Shown piece by piece: positions 27,401 through 37,945 of a stretch of 64,000 nucleotides of DNA. Numbering within the stretch: the first letter of the stretch is position 1; each line of letters starts with the position of its first letter. Below the pieces are notes generated by a model that saw nothing but the letters and a program-made list of their open reading frames with translations, was not told where the DNA came from and ran no database searches. This DNA is from Anolis carolinensis. Taxonomy: Eukaryota. The stretch lies in assembly GCF_035594765.1 (NCBI RefSeq), contig NC_085843.1, forward strand, positions 108,105,971 to 108,169,970. The letters run 5' to 3'. The translations under genes and the position numbers were made by a program.

Positions 27401-30400
27401 TAGTCAATAGAATCAGTCTCTCCCCCCCCCCCCCATTTCAGTTGCTTCAGTTCATTAAACCAATTATGTGTCTAAAGACACATTTTGCTCCATGCATGAC
27501 AGTTTTGAGCTAAGCATTTTGACATCTCCATAGCTGAATAAGCCAGACAGTTGAAAATCTTTGAGGAGCTTACCTCCGAGGTCATAAATCACAGTGAATG
27601 GAGAAAGATTAAATGCAGCTAGCACATCTCTGCCGCATATGCTCCAAGTTGCATTCAGTCCATACATGAATTTTATCATTTCTTCCTCTGACCTACAGAT
27701 TTGAAATTGCATCAGCAATTGGTATTGTAGTATGTGGACTAACCTTATGTGACATACATGAATTCACAGATTAAATACCATCATCTTAATTAAAAGGGCT
27801 GGCTATGCTTCAATATCTGCAGACTGACACATTCATTTAAAAAAGAGGGGAAGATCTGTAATTCAGTGGATTTGTTGTCCCTCATGCATGAATGAGTCAT
27901 CCTTGGGATCCTCATTCCTCATGTTCAATCGTGCATCCAAGCCCTGGGGATATTGCTGAATTGCTGCATGAGGAATTAATTAATTTCATGTTAAACGCAG
28001 GATTCTGAATATTGTAATCCAGCAGGGTGCATTATAATGTTTTACATATTACATAATCATATTGGATCTTAACTGCTACTTAGCTGGTATCAGAAAAGAG
28101 CCAACTTTGAGAAAAAATGATGGCCTAGATTAAGAATTGGCAGATGTCAGAGGCTAGTGAGATGCATTAGTACCTCGAAAGTATTAGAAAGGCCATATTT
28201 CTGCCACACACCTCTGACCCTAAAGGCTCTCTAGGAAAACGTTTTACAACACAGATTGACTAGGCATTCAATTTTCGTTCACTTCTTGCTTTAAGAAAAA
28301 ATATTTTGACACCTAAAATGACCTGGAAGTAACATGGTGAAAATGCTTCCCGGACTCCTGCAAGCCATTTGGTGGAATTATTGACCTCAGGGGGCAGCGG
28401 GCTCTGGAGGCCACAAATTGCTCCTGGGGGCTGTGTATGGACCATGGGCCACACTTTGCCTGAGACTAGCTTAAATTATAACTACCAACCAGAGTAGACC
28501 CATTGCATGAAAGAGATTTACATAAGTACTGATTCAACATTCAATCGATTGAGGTCTACTCTAGGTGGAATATCAATACAATTAATATTCGGTGCTATGA
28601 GGGAGACACAGGGATTTATACAAATATATCAACAAAGACCAGCGATACACTTTCATATAAAGTTATTGCATGGCAAACTTACCTGTAAAGAGCCTCAAAT
28701 ACATCTTTTGATGGAATGCCAAATGCTCTCTCATATTGGTTTTTCCCTTCCCTTAAGAAACAAAAAGAAAAGGGCACAATTTATCTGACAGGCTAACTTT
28801 AAGTGCCTTTTATTTTATGTAACATGCCTCCTACGTAACACACACTTCAGAACAAGTTTGACATTGGAGACATGGCAGAGAATGCTTATATTATGGTTGT
28901 TTGTGTCAGAAGAACTTTCACTCATAGACAGAAGACAGCAGGAGAAAAGATATAGAAAGTAAGATGCCAAAATTGATAGCAGGAGGTTCCATCATGCCCT
29001 ACCCAATGATGTGAACAAGCTAAGATGGAACAAAACACACTGGTATCTAGTGGCTTCTACGTCCATGGAGCATAAGTCTACTCTGTTACTTCAGGCTTTA
29101 AAACAATGCATTTAAGTAATGCATTTCTATACCAAGACTGGACCCAAAGCTACCCAAAATGAGGACCTAATCCTGAAAAATAAATTGCTGTTATTTTTGT
29201 TATTATTCATTTATATCCTGCCTTTCTCCCAATGAGACTCAGGGTGGCTTAAAACAGCATCAAAATTTTGTAAAAGCTTGATGGCATGAAAAATGTTTCT
29301 GTCTCCCGCCAGAAGGAAAGTAAAGAAGGGTCCATTCTAGCTCTCTATCGAGGAAATCCATAGTCTGGGAGAAGCCACTGAGAAAAGTCCCCAAAACAAG
29401 AGAGCTTGAGAAACTGGTGGGACTAGGAAATGCCTTTCCAGATAAACTTAGACCTCGTACAGGGAGATATGGTTCTTCAAACTTGGCCTCAAACCATATA
29501 GGATATTATGGATCAACATCAGTAATATGAATTGCATCTGAAAATTTACTGGCGGCTAATGGAACTATTGTAATAAGGAAGTTATTTGCTCCAAAAATCA
29601 AGACCAGATTAACATCATGGCTTCAACTCTTTAGACCAATTGAAGTTTCTGAACATTTTTCAAAGGCAGACCTACACAGAGTGCATTAAAGTATCCTAAT
29701 GGCCAGATGCAACTTCTCCAGGAATTAGTGCAGTTGGCATACTTTCACTGTGCAAAAGGATTGCTGGTCAGTAATGGGCCTTCAATCCAGGAGTACCCTT
29801 AAACTACATACCTGTATTTTCAAGAGGAGTGTAACGCCATCCAACACAGGCTGATTCTCTATTCGCAGATCTGTCTTTAAATTGATCAGGAATACCTCTA
29901 TCTTGTCTGGATTAAACTTCAATTTCTTTGTCCCCATTACAGTTGCTAGGCACTGGATTACCACAAGAACAGCTTCCTTGTAGTTAAGTGGAAAGGACTA
30001 GCAGAGCTGAGTATCATCAGTATATTGGTGACACCCAAACCCAAAACTACGGACAACCTTCCCCAGTGGTTTTGTGTAGATGCTAAATAGCATAGGAGAT
30101 AAAACCAAACCCTGAGGGACTTCACGGACCAGTAACCAAGGAATCAATCAATTTCCCCCCAGCACCAAACTCTGAAAGTTTTCCACCAGGAAAGAATAGA
30201 GCCACTGATGAAAAATAGTTCCTAGACCCATTCCAGAGAAGCGACTCAGACGGATACCATGGTCAATGGTATAGAAAGCCATTGAGATGTCCAACAGAAC
30301 AAACAGGGCACACTCCCCTTATCCAGTTCCCTCCATATATCATCAGCCATGGTAACCAAATCTGTATCTGTCCCATAACCTGGTCTGAAACTCTACTTTA

Positions 30401-33400
30401 TAATCTCAAAAACATCAGTATGTTGAATATAAGCTGTACTCTTTTACAGTTCCATAGTCTTTCATAAAAATGATATTATATAAGTGTCAATTTTCCATTT
30501 TCCTCTTCTCTGCCTTCACTGTGTACTTCATGTCTTCCCACATTTCTTATTTATTACTTCTTCTGGACCAAACCTGCTTTCTTTTAAAAGATTAGCCTTA
30601 ATTCCTGCCCCCACTCCAGGTAAATGCAATATTTGTTTCTATATCCATAAACATATATAAAATATCAGTAGCATATTTCTTCTTCATTTCATTTGAGATG
30701 GTAAAGAAGAATTTTATGATCATGATGCTGATCATAACAACAGGAGGCTAAGCAGAGAACCATATGGTGGTTCCCATTAGCAGAAAAATCTCATTTCCGT
30801 CCTTTCCCCCCCTTCCACACAGACAAGAGCATCATTTGATATCGCAACGCCTACATGCCAGCTGCTCATTGTCAGGTATCCCCCAGAGAACTATATCCAC
30901 AAATAGTGTTATTATGACTAAGTGTTCCCTAGGTGTTTCCTCACACCTGTAATAGGCTTGTCCTCAGAGGTATTGCAATTTCAGCATTTGGTATTTAGAA
31001 TGAAACAAAAACATAAGAGTATAACTGTAGTAACTCTGAAGCAGTCCCAGAGCTTAGAAACATTTTTAAAATAGTTTCCAGAATCCCCAGACCTCACACT
31101 CAGGGGGATTCTCAGAGCTTTAATTTAAAAAGTAACTTTCCCCCTCCATGAATTCTCCTTTATCAGCAATGAACACTTCAGTTACTGTTTGTTTACAATT
31201 ACCAATAGACCCAGTTATTTTCCCCAATTGCCTTGAAAACAAATCCATGAAAAGAGGATAGAATGGGTTCCATGAAAGGAGTTTGGCAGACACACTTGTT
31301 CTTCTGAAACATAAGCTCAGTTCTTATCCATCTCACCTTATAGCATCTGTCAGATAGTGCCAGCACAGATAGATGGTTTTGGAGTAGTACATCAAATTAT
31401 GATACTGGGATTTTGGACCTGATTTGGTGAGGTAGAGATTTGATATTTCAGTGTTTCCATAAAAAGCTAAAAAGAAAAAAAGAGAAATCAAAATATTACA
31501 CCATGATGACAGCCCCTGTTACCCACAAAGAATAGATTTAGGACCTCATCATACAAGTCATTTGCCCCAGTTTTCACCCCAGTTGAGCCATGGAGTCCCA
31601 CGCTGCTTATCAAATGACACAGGCTCACTTCCAGTAAGGCTCTCTAGCTAAACTGGGGTACAAGCATCCGACAACACTGCACCGGGAACATGGCAGGCTT
31701 CCTGTGTTCCATTGCAAACCATGGGGCCAGCGCAGGGGGAGGCTGGTGAATCACCCCACGAGACAAGTCAATGTGATGAAGTCCTTAGACAGGTCCTTTG
31801 CCTACCTCAAGACAATTTTTGATAATATCCTCCTGACAGAGATCTGTGCTGAGCCCATTCATACCAAATCCAGTTTCAGAACACCTATTCAGCTGTCAAT
31901 CCTACCAAATTACTAGTTAAGATTGACTTTTTATCATTTCTGGTTACCTTTCTTTCTAGGACATTTTCTGGACACATACCAAACTTATGAAAAATGCTGG
32001 CCTTCACTGAATCCACATTCTCCACCTATGTAAATTTTATACACTTCCATTATGTTCTTCCCTGTGCTTTTTAGTCATTTGGATTGTTCCTTTCTCTATT
32101 CTGCAATATTATTTTTGAAATTTGGTGTCCATTACTCAGTAACCTAAGTGTGGCCACATAAAAAAACGTGTACAAAAATAGTTTTTTCCCAACCCTAACC
32201 CTTCTTAATGTCCCTTGAATAAGGAATTTATCTTTTTCATAGCAGTAACATATGAGATCAAAATTTTCATTGAGTCAACTATTCCAAACTCAAGAATTCC
32301 TTTCCTTGTGAAGTCACCACCAGATGAAAGCCCATCAGGACACATTTGAATTAAGATGAACATTGTACATTAGGGGTGAGCAATGTGATCTGTGCCCATA
32401 TTGTGTTATACCCAGGTCTGCCCGTAGAAAAGAAACATGGTTAAAAAAATTCCAATCAAAAATGGCAGGAAGCCCATTCCTATTCTATTTCTTTTTAAAA
32501 AAGGGAATGGAGTAGATCAGAGGACTTTTATGCCTGCTTTACAAACACGACTGCTTTTCCTGGAGGCCCTCAGAATTATTTTTCTTTTTACCACAAATAA
32601 ATAAATAAATAAAATGCCTCAGCATGAGGATTTAGCATATTTCCCAACTGCTCTGATTTGGTTAATCCTCTGTTGTCCCACTATTTAGCTACTTTTAAAA
32701 TGTACCAGTTGTCTTCCTTCTTCCACTTTATCAGTTTGTCCTCAGCTTACTCTTGACTGCTGCAAACAAAATTCAAAGTGCAAAACTAATTAGCATTCAA
32801 TTAACTAAACATAGGAAAGAAGAGGAATGGTAGTAGAATCTGTCTCTTCCCTGTAAGCTCAGGCAAATGGAAACTGCTGCAGATTTTCCTAACCTGTGTG
32901 TTTTTTTGCTATCTTGCCCACACTGTGATGCTGCTTGACCAAACAAGTCACACTTTTCACCCACGTTCTAGGAGCTCTTCTACACAGCCATATAACTCAG
33001 AATATCAAGGCAGAAATTCCCACATTATCTGAGTGTGGACTCAGGTACCCAGTTCAAAGAAGATATTGTGGGGTTTTCTGCCTTGATATTCTGGGATACA
33101 GGGCTGTGTGGAAGGGCCCTAGGACAATTTGCAACATTTTGATCTAGCACAACCTAGTGAATATAGAGTCCTGATGTGGAACAGTTGATCATATTACCTC
33201 CTTCCTGTTTCATGTCTACTCTCAGAAGCTTCAATCCAACACAAGCATCCAAAAGCCTTTCCATTCCACGAATGCTGCTGCCTAGCCGCTCTGCAATGGT
33301 CTTTGTCGACAGTATCTCCTTTGACTCTCTCAGGAGATCAAAGATTCCCAACTCACAGGCAGTGAACATCACCTAAAGGCAAAGATAGGAACCAGAATTA

Positions 33401-36400
33401 AAGATGCTAACCAGGAGCCCTTCCAGACAGCTCTATATCCCAAAATATCAAGGCAGAAAATCCCACAATATCTGCTTTGAACTAGGTTATCTGAGTCCAC
33501 ACTCAGATAATGTTGGATTTTCTGCCTTGATATTCTGGGATATAGGGCTGTTTGGAAGGGCCCCAGATGGGAGCACACAGTCTTGTGTGATATATGTCCA
33601 CTGGAAAGGCAGACAATGGAACCAGTGCTTACAGAACTGTGATTAAGCTTTACTGTAGCAAAGAGTGTTGCTGGTACATGTTGAGTATATTCCTTAACCA
33701 AATGCTTGAGACCAAAAGTGTTTTTGATTTCTTAATATTTTTATTTCTTTTGGAAAACTTGTACAGTAGAGTCTCACTAATCCAAGCTAAACGGGCCGGC
33801 AGAAGCTTGGATAAGCGAATATCATGGATTATAAGGACTGATCAAGGAAAAGCCTATTAAACATCAAATTAGGTTATGATTTTACAAATTAAGCACCAAA
33901 ACTTCATGTTATACAACAAATTTGACAGAAAAAGTAGTTCAATACACAGTAAGGTTATGTTGTAATCAGGGCCGGCCCCACTATTGAGGCACCTGACGCC
34001 GCCGCCTCGGGCGCAGGCCCGGGGGGGCGCCGTCAGGCTGGGCGGGAGGCGGGGCACCGCCCTGACGGTGCCCCGCCTCCCGCCCAGTGCGCCCTGGCCC
34101 GTCTGGCCTTTTCTAGCAGGCCAGACTTCAGCGGAGGTCCCTGCAGGCCGCAATCGCGGCCTGGAGGGACCTCCGCTGCAGTCTGGCCTGCTAGAAAAGG
34201 CCAGACGGGCGAGCGGGAGTAGCGTGGGAGGCGGAGCCAGCTCTGACGCCGCCCCCCCCCCCCCCGCCCAGCGTGCCTTGGCCCTGCCTCCCACGCAGCG
34301 TGGGAGGCGGGGCCAGGGCACGCTGGGCGGGGGGGGGAGCGGCGTCAGAGCTGGCCCCGCCTCCCACGCTACTCCCGCTCGCCCGTCTGGCCTTTTCTAG
34401 CAGGCCAGACTGCAGCGGAGGTCCCTCCAGGCCGCGATTGCGGCCTGGAGGGACCTCCGCTGAAGTCTGGCCTGCTAGAAAAGACCAGACGGGCGAGCAG
34501 GAGTAGTGTGGGAGGCGGGGCCAGCTCTGGCCCCGCCCCCCCGCCCAGCGTGCCCTGGCCCCGCCTCCCACGTTGCGTGGGAGGCAGGGCCAAGGCACGC
34601 TGGGTGGGGGGGGGGAGCGGCGTCAGAGCTGGCTCCGCCTCCCACGCTACTCCCGCTCGCCCGTCTGGCCTTTTCTAGCAGGCCAGACTTCAGCGGAGGT
34701 CCCTGCAGGCCGCAATCGCGGCCTGCAGGGACCTCCGCTGAAGTCTGGCCTGCTAGAAAAGGCCAGACGGGCGAGCGGGAGTAGCGTGGGAGGCGGGGCC
34801 AGCTCTGGCCCCGCCCCCCCGCCCAGCGTGCCCTGGCCCCGCCTCCCACGTTGCGTGGGAGGCAGGGCCAAGGCACGCTGGGCGGGGGGGGAGTGGCGTC
34901 AGAGCTGGCTCCGCCTCCCACGCTACTCCCGCTCGCCCGTCTGGCCTTTTCTAGCAGGCCAGACTGCAGCGAAGGTCCCTCCAGGCCGCGATTGCGGCCT
35001 GGAGGGACGTCCGCTGCAGTCTGGCCTGTTAGAAAAGGCCAGACGGGCAAGCGGGAGTAGCGTGGGAGGCGGGGCCAACTCTGGCGCCGCCCCCCCCACC
35101 CAGCGTGCCCTGGCCCCGCCTCCCACGCTGCGTGGGAGGCGGGGCCAGGGCACGCTGGGTGGGGGGCGGGGCCAACTCTGGCCCCGCCTCCCTCACTATT
35201 CGCCCTGGCCCCGCCTCCCACGCTGCGTGGGAGGCGGGGCCAGGGCACGCTGGGCGGGGCCAGGGCGCGGGAGGCGGGGCCGGTGGCGGGGGCGCTTTTC
35301 AGCACCCCCGCTTCACATCAAAAAATATCTCCGGCCGGCCCTGGTTGTAATTACTGTATTTATGAATTTAGCACCAAAATATCACGATATATTGGAAACA
35401 TTGACTACAAAAATGGCTTGGATTATCCAGAGGCTTGGATAAGTGAGGCTTGGATTAGTGAGACTCTACTGTATTTGCATATACCTACATAACGGCACTC
35501 CATGCAGTCATGCTGGCCACATGACCTTGGAGGTGTCTACAGACAATGCCGGCTCTTTGGCTTAGAAATGGAGATGAGCACCAACCCCCAAAATTGGACA
35601 TGACTAGATTTAATGTCAGGGGAAAACCTTTACCTTTTACATATGAGATATCTTGGAGATGAATCCAAGTATAAACATTATATTCATTGATGTTACAGAT
35701 ACACCTGGTTATACACAACATCTTTGATAATTGTGTGCATGAAACAAAGTTTGCGTACCCTCAGAAAACAAAAGTGTCACTCTCTCAGGCCAAAGTTTTT
35801 TCAGCATTCTGGATTTCGGCATTCCAGAGAAGAGATGTTCACACTGTATATGATGGTTTAATGTGAAAATCTACATCTCTCTTGCAAACGTTTGGTCTTG
35901 CTCAAAAAAACTCAAACTCCTTAGTATGTTAAAATCACAACTGCAAGCATGATGTCCTCATGATGCTTTCTGAAATAGATACCTCACCCATCACTGCTCC
36001 AGATACTGATAGATTACAGTAATTTCTTAATGTTTATTGATATATGAACTCTGGTTTTAATACATTTAATTAAAAGGTTCACTTCAGTTCGCAATTACTG
36101 GAATTTTTGGAAAGGTTAGATGTGATAGCAAGCTATATAAGCTTCAGTGGAGATACCTATCAATTTCATTTTTTGGCATTTGTATTCCTCTTGTATACTA
36201 GATAGATGTAACAGTATGCCATTTTACGAAGTACTGTCACATTTAAAATATTTAAGAAGAGATTGATCAAGTTATTTATTAGTTTTCTACTATGTTGATA
36301 TTTAAAGAAGTAACATAATGTGCAATTCAAGTGTTGTATTAATACTCCAGCAGACCAGGATTTGAATTCCTGCTCAGTCTTGGAAATGCACTGGATCACC

Positions 36401-37833
36401 TTGGGCAAGTCACACTCTCTCACCCTGAGAAGAAGGCAATGGTAAAAATCAGCTGTTAAGAAATCTTGATAGGAAAATCCTATAAAAGGATGATGATAAA
36501 CCACAGTCAATTTGAAGGGACATAGGAGCCACAATATTTGAATTTAGGAGGTTTCTCAGAGCTGGGAAAAATTATAATTGTTTGATCAGAAATTCCTGAA
36601 TCTTCTGAACAAAATAACTAGCTGGAGGGATTCTGGGTGCTGGAATTTAAAAAACAAAACAAAACAAAAACCAAGATTTCCAAGTTCTGGACATTCCTGG
36701 CTTTCAAGTGAGATTCTAACATTTTTGTATTTTTCTACTGACTGGATATATATTTTAAGGTGCCACATATAGGTGCGTTTTATTTCATACCAGTGAAGAA
36801 TAATTTCATGTATATGAATCAGATCTTTTTTTATGCATTCCTGAAATACTGTAAAGGTGTAAGAGTTCTGTAGCACCTTTGAGACTAGAGAAAAATACAT
36901 TTCTAGCATGAGTTTTCATAGACTGTAGTTCACTTCATCACATAGAATGAATTATCTGTAGATACAGATGTTATTGCTGTTGTGTGCCTTCAAATTTTGA
37001 CTAAGGCAACCTATCGCGGAGTTTTCTGAGTCTAAAAGTGTGTGGCTTGCCCAAGCATATATACCAACAGAGATATACTGGAAGGGAGTCATCCTGGTAC
37101 AGTGGTTGAGCATTGCACTATGACTCTGGAGACCAGGATAGTAGGATTTGAATCTCTGCTCAGCCATGAAATTTGCTGGATGACCATGGGAAAGCCACTC
37201 TCTTTCAGCCTCAGAATAAGGCAATGACAACTCTATTCTGGACAAATATTGCAAAGAAAATCCTGTGATAGGTTTGTCTTACGGTCACTGTAAGTTGGAA
37301 ACAACATAAAGACACACAATAACAACAGAACACCAATATTCTAGAAAGGTAAAGGGCTACTGCTAAACTGGAGACAGTAACAAAACCATTTCAAAGGCAT
37401 ACGCTGCTGAACACTTATGGAATCTTATACTACGTTTAAGCAAAATGCTAGAAACTCCCAAAAATTTGAATTTAAAATTTAAACATGTTTCTTGCCTATA
37501 AGGTTTTTAATTTTGGATTTTGTTTGAGTTAATAGGGATCTTGAACCAGCAGAGATTTTGGATTTCCTAAGGCATGGGCTTAAATTATGTTGATAATGCT
37601 CTTAAATCTAACAATATCCATTGCAACACTTGCTGCCTACATGTTTTTCTATTCATATTAAAGCCATTTCAAAAGGCAGGTTAAAAGGTTCTCCGTTTGC
37701 CAATAATATATAAAGTTTCAACAGAGTAACACAGCCATAATAAAATAAGGTATTACATTACCTTTGATATTAAAAATCCATTCTGGTACTGAATTAGGAT
37801 CTGCAGATATTCAAGGTCTTCCGTGGAGTTCAT
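21255..37833 (-). CDS. ASMT: acetylserotonin O-methyltransferase (HIOMT); join of 37762-37833, 33198-33372, 31337-31466, 28683-28751, 27574-27692, 26257-26397, 23324-23446, 21255-21466 = 1041 nt, 346 aa
   Basis: Dimerisation domain ([21 protein letters not shown]), SAM-binding DLGGGAG, GDFFKD, catalytic ILHDW and C-terminal YDAILGRK. Eight GT-AG exons (72/175/130/69/119/141/123/212 nt) with compatible phases and no internal stop. Syntenic with AKAP17A. Confidence 0.96.
23324..23446 (-). CDS. ASMT: ASMT exon 7 [41 protein letters not shown]
   Basis: Hand translation; ttcaatacag|GG ... CCT G|gtatgt. Confidence 0.94.
23826..24458 (+). mobile_element. hAT/Charlie-group (OC1-like) non-autonomous element, right TIR lost
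   Basis: CAGGGGTCCCCGAACTATGGCCCGCGGGCCACATGCGGCCC start; AACTATAGTCTGGCCCTCCAATGGTCTGAGGGACAGTGAAC subterminal end. Confidence 0.65.
24708..26019. mobile_element. 1.3-kb non-autonomous Tc1/mariner-type element, copy 1 (ASMT intron 6)
   Basis: TA|CCATATATACTCAAAGATAAGCC...GGCTTATACTCGAGTATATATAG|TA; collinear with 48229-49421. Confidence 0.82.
26257..26397 (-). CDS. ASMT: ASMT exon 6 [47 protein letters not shown]
   Basis: Hand translation; ttttctctgaaaag|GA ... GAA G|gtaaat. Confidence 0.92.
26447..26597. other. assembly gap (151 N) in ASMT intron 5
   Basis: Run of N. Confidence 0.99.
27054..27187. mobile_element. palindromic hAT MITE
   Basis: CAGTGGTTCCCAACCTG...CAGGTTGAGAACCACTG, nearly fully self-complementary. 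Confidence 0.75.
27574..27692 (-). CDS. ASMT: ASMT exon 5 [39 protein letters not shown]
   Basis: Within ORF 27464..27718; tctgtag|G ... GGA G|gtaagc. Confidence 0.93.
28683..28751 (-). CDS. ASMT: ASMT exon 4 [23 protein letters not shown]
   Basis: Hand translation; tttcttaag|G ... TAC AG|gtaagt. Confidence 0.92.
29195..30400 (-). mobile_element. degenerate L2 LINE in ASMT intron 3
   Basis: [20 protein letters not shown] and L2-type 3' end. Confidence 0.72.
31337..31466 (-). CDS. ASMT: ASMT exon 3 (A)[43 protein letters not shown]
   Basis: Hand translation; ttctttttag|CT ... ATA AG|gtgaga. Confidence 0.92.
31541..31784. mobile_element. Harbinger-type non-autonomous element (different family; another candidate at ~21829-22076)
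   Basis: GGACCTCATCATA...TGTGATGAAGTCC termini with TTA TSD. Confidence 0.6.
32972..33119. mobile_element. PIF/Harbinger-type palindromic MITE
   Basis: G(A/G)GC(C/T)CTTC(C/T)ACACAGCC TIRs, 3-bp TSD TAG. Confidence 0.8.
33198..33372 (-). CDS. ASMT: ASMT exon 2 [14 protein letters not shown]...DMKQEG
   Basis: ORF 33154..33372; tgcctttag|GTG ... GGA G|gtaata. Confidence 0.94.
33415..33563. mobile_element. PIF/Harbinger-type palindromic MITE
   Basis: Same family, 3-bp TSD CAG. Confidence 0.8.
33764..35471. mobile_element. Tc1/mariner-superfamily MITE (~320 bp) split by the hAT insertion
   Basis: 24-bp TIR CAGTAGAGTCTCACTAATCCAAGC, TA TSD both sides; uninterrupted relative at 46232-46554. Confidence 0.88.
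33967..35343. mobile_element. non-autonomous hAT-type DNA transposon with GC-rich multi-palindromic interior
   Basis: TIR CAGGGCCGGCC...GGCCGGCCCTG; 8-bp TSD GTTGTAAT (33959-33966, 35344-35351); single GTTGTAAT at the empty paralogous site 46427-46434. Confidence 0.88.
35492..35637 (+). mobile_element. Sauria-type SINE, 3' part
   Basis: CCATGCAGTCATGCTGGCCACATGACCTTGGAGG core, ACCTTT tail, TACATA flanking duplication; matches copies at 58.1 and 60.4 kb. Confidence 0.75.
37085..37328 (+). mobile_element. old MIR-like/tRNA SINE with (ACA)n tail; relatives at ~36340-36530, 39320-39495 (+) and 17990-18210, 50540-50750, 62155-62345 (-)
   Basis: Shared TTGAATC...CTCAGCC...CTTGGGCAAGTCAC-like head and GAAAATCCTGTGATAGG body. 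Confidence 0.55.
37762..37833 (-). CDS. ASMT: ASMT exon 1 [24 protein letters not shown]
   Basis: Hand translation; AAAA ATG; TCA AAG|gtaatg. Confidence 0.9.
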
Positions 37834-37849
37834 TTTTCTGCAGCGATCT

Positions 37850-37945
37850 GTGAAAAATCCTCTTTCCCTCTTCATTTAAATAAGCCTCTTTTGCTTGCGG
37901 GCATAGATCATTCTGCGTAGTCCAATTTAACTAGACTAATGCCAT
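37850..37945 (-). promoter_or_regulatory. putative ASMT proximal promoter
   Basis: TATTTAAA TATA-like box at 37875-37882 (~42 nt upstream of ATG); overlapping TAAGCC (CRX/OTX2-type) 37881-37886; reverse-oriented CCAAT 37922-37926. Confidence 0.5.

Larger units (their letters stand above)
33677..35846. mobile_element. older Tigger4/MER46-like non-autonomous element hosting the nested insertions
   Basis: TA|CATGTTGAGTAT...GATGTTCACACTG|TA termini; internal ATGAGATATCTTGG and TGTGCATGAAACAAAGTTTG recalled from the Tigger4/MER46 consensus. Confidence 0.6.

Noticed and set aside
33967-35343. Possible CRISPR array, viral ITR or host CpG-island promoter
   Set aside because: No unique spacers, no rep/cap remnants, and the block is bounded by TIRs and a TSD inside another transposon.
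33869-35492. Many overlapping 70-290 aa ORFs on both strands (Gly/Ala/Pro/Arg-rich)
   Set aside because: They follow from GC-rich palindromic repeats lacking stop codons; near-identical peptides appear on both strands, and there is no transposase or other domain.
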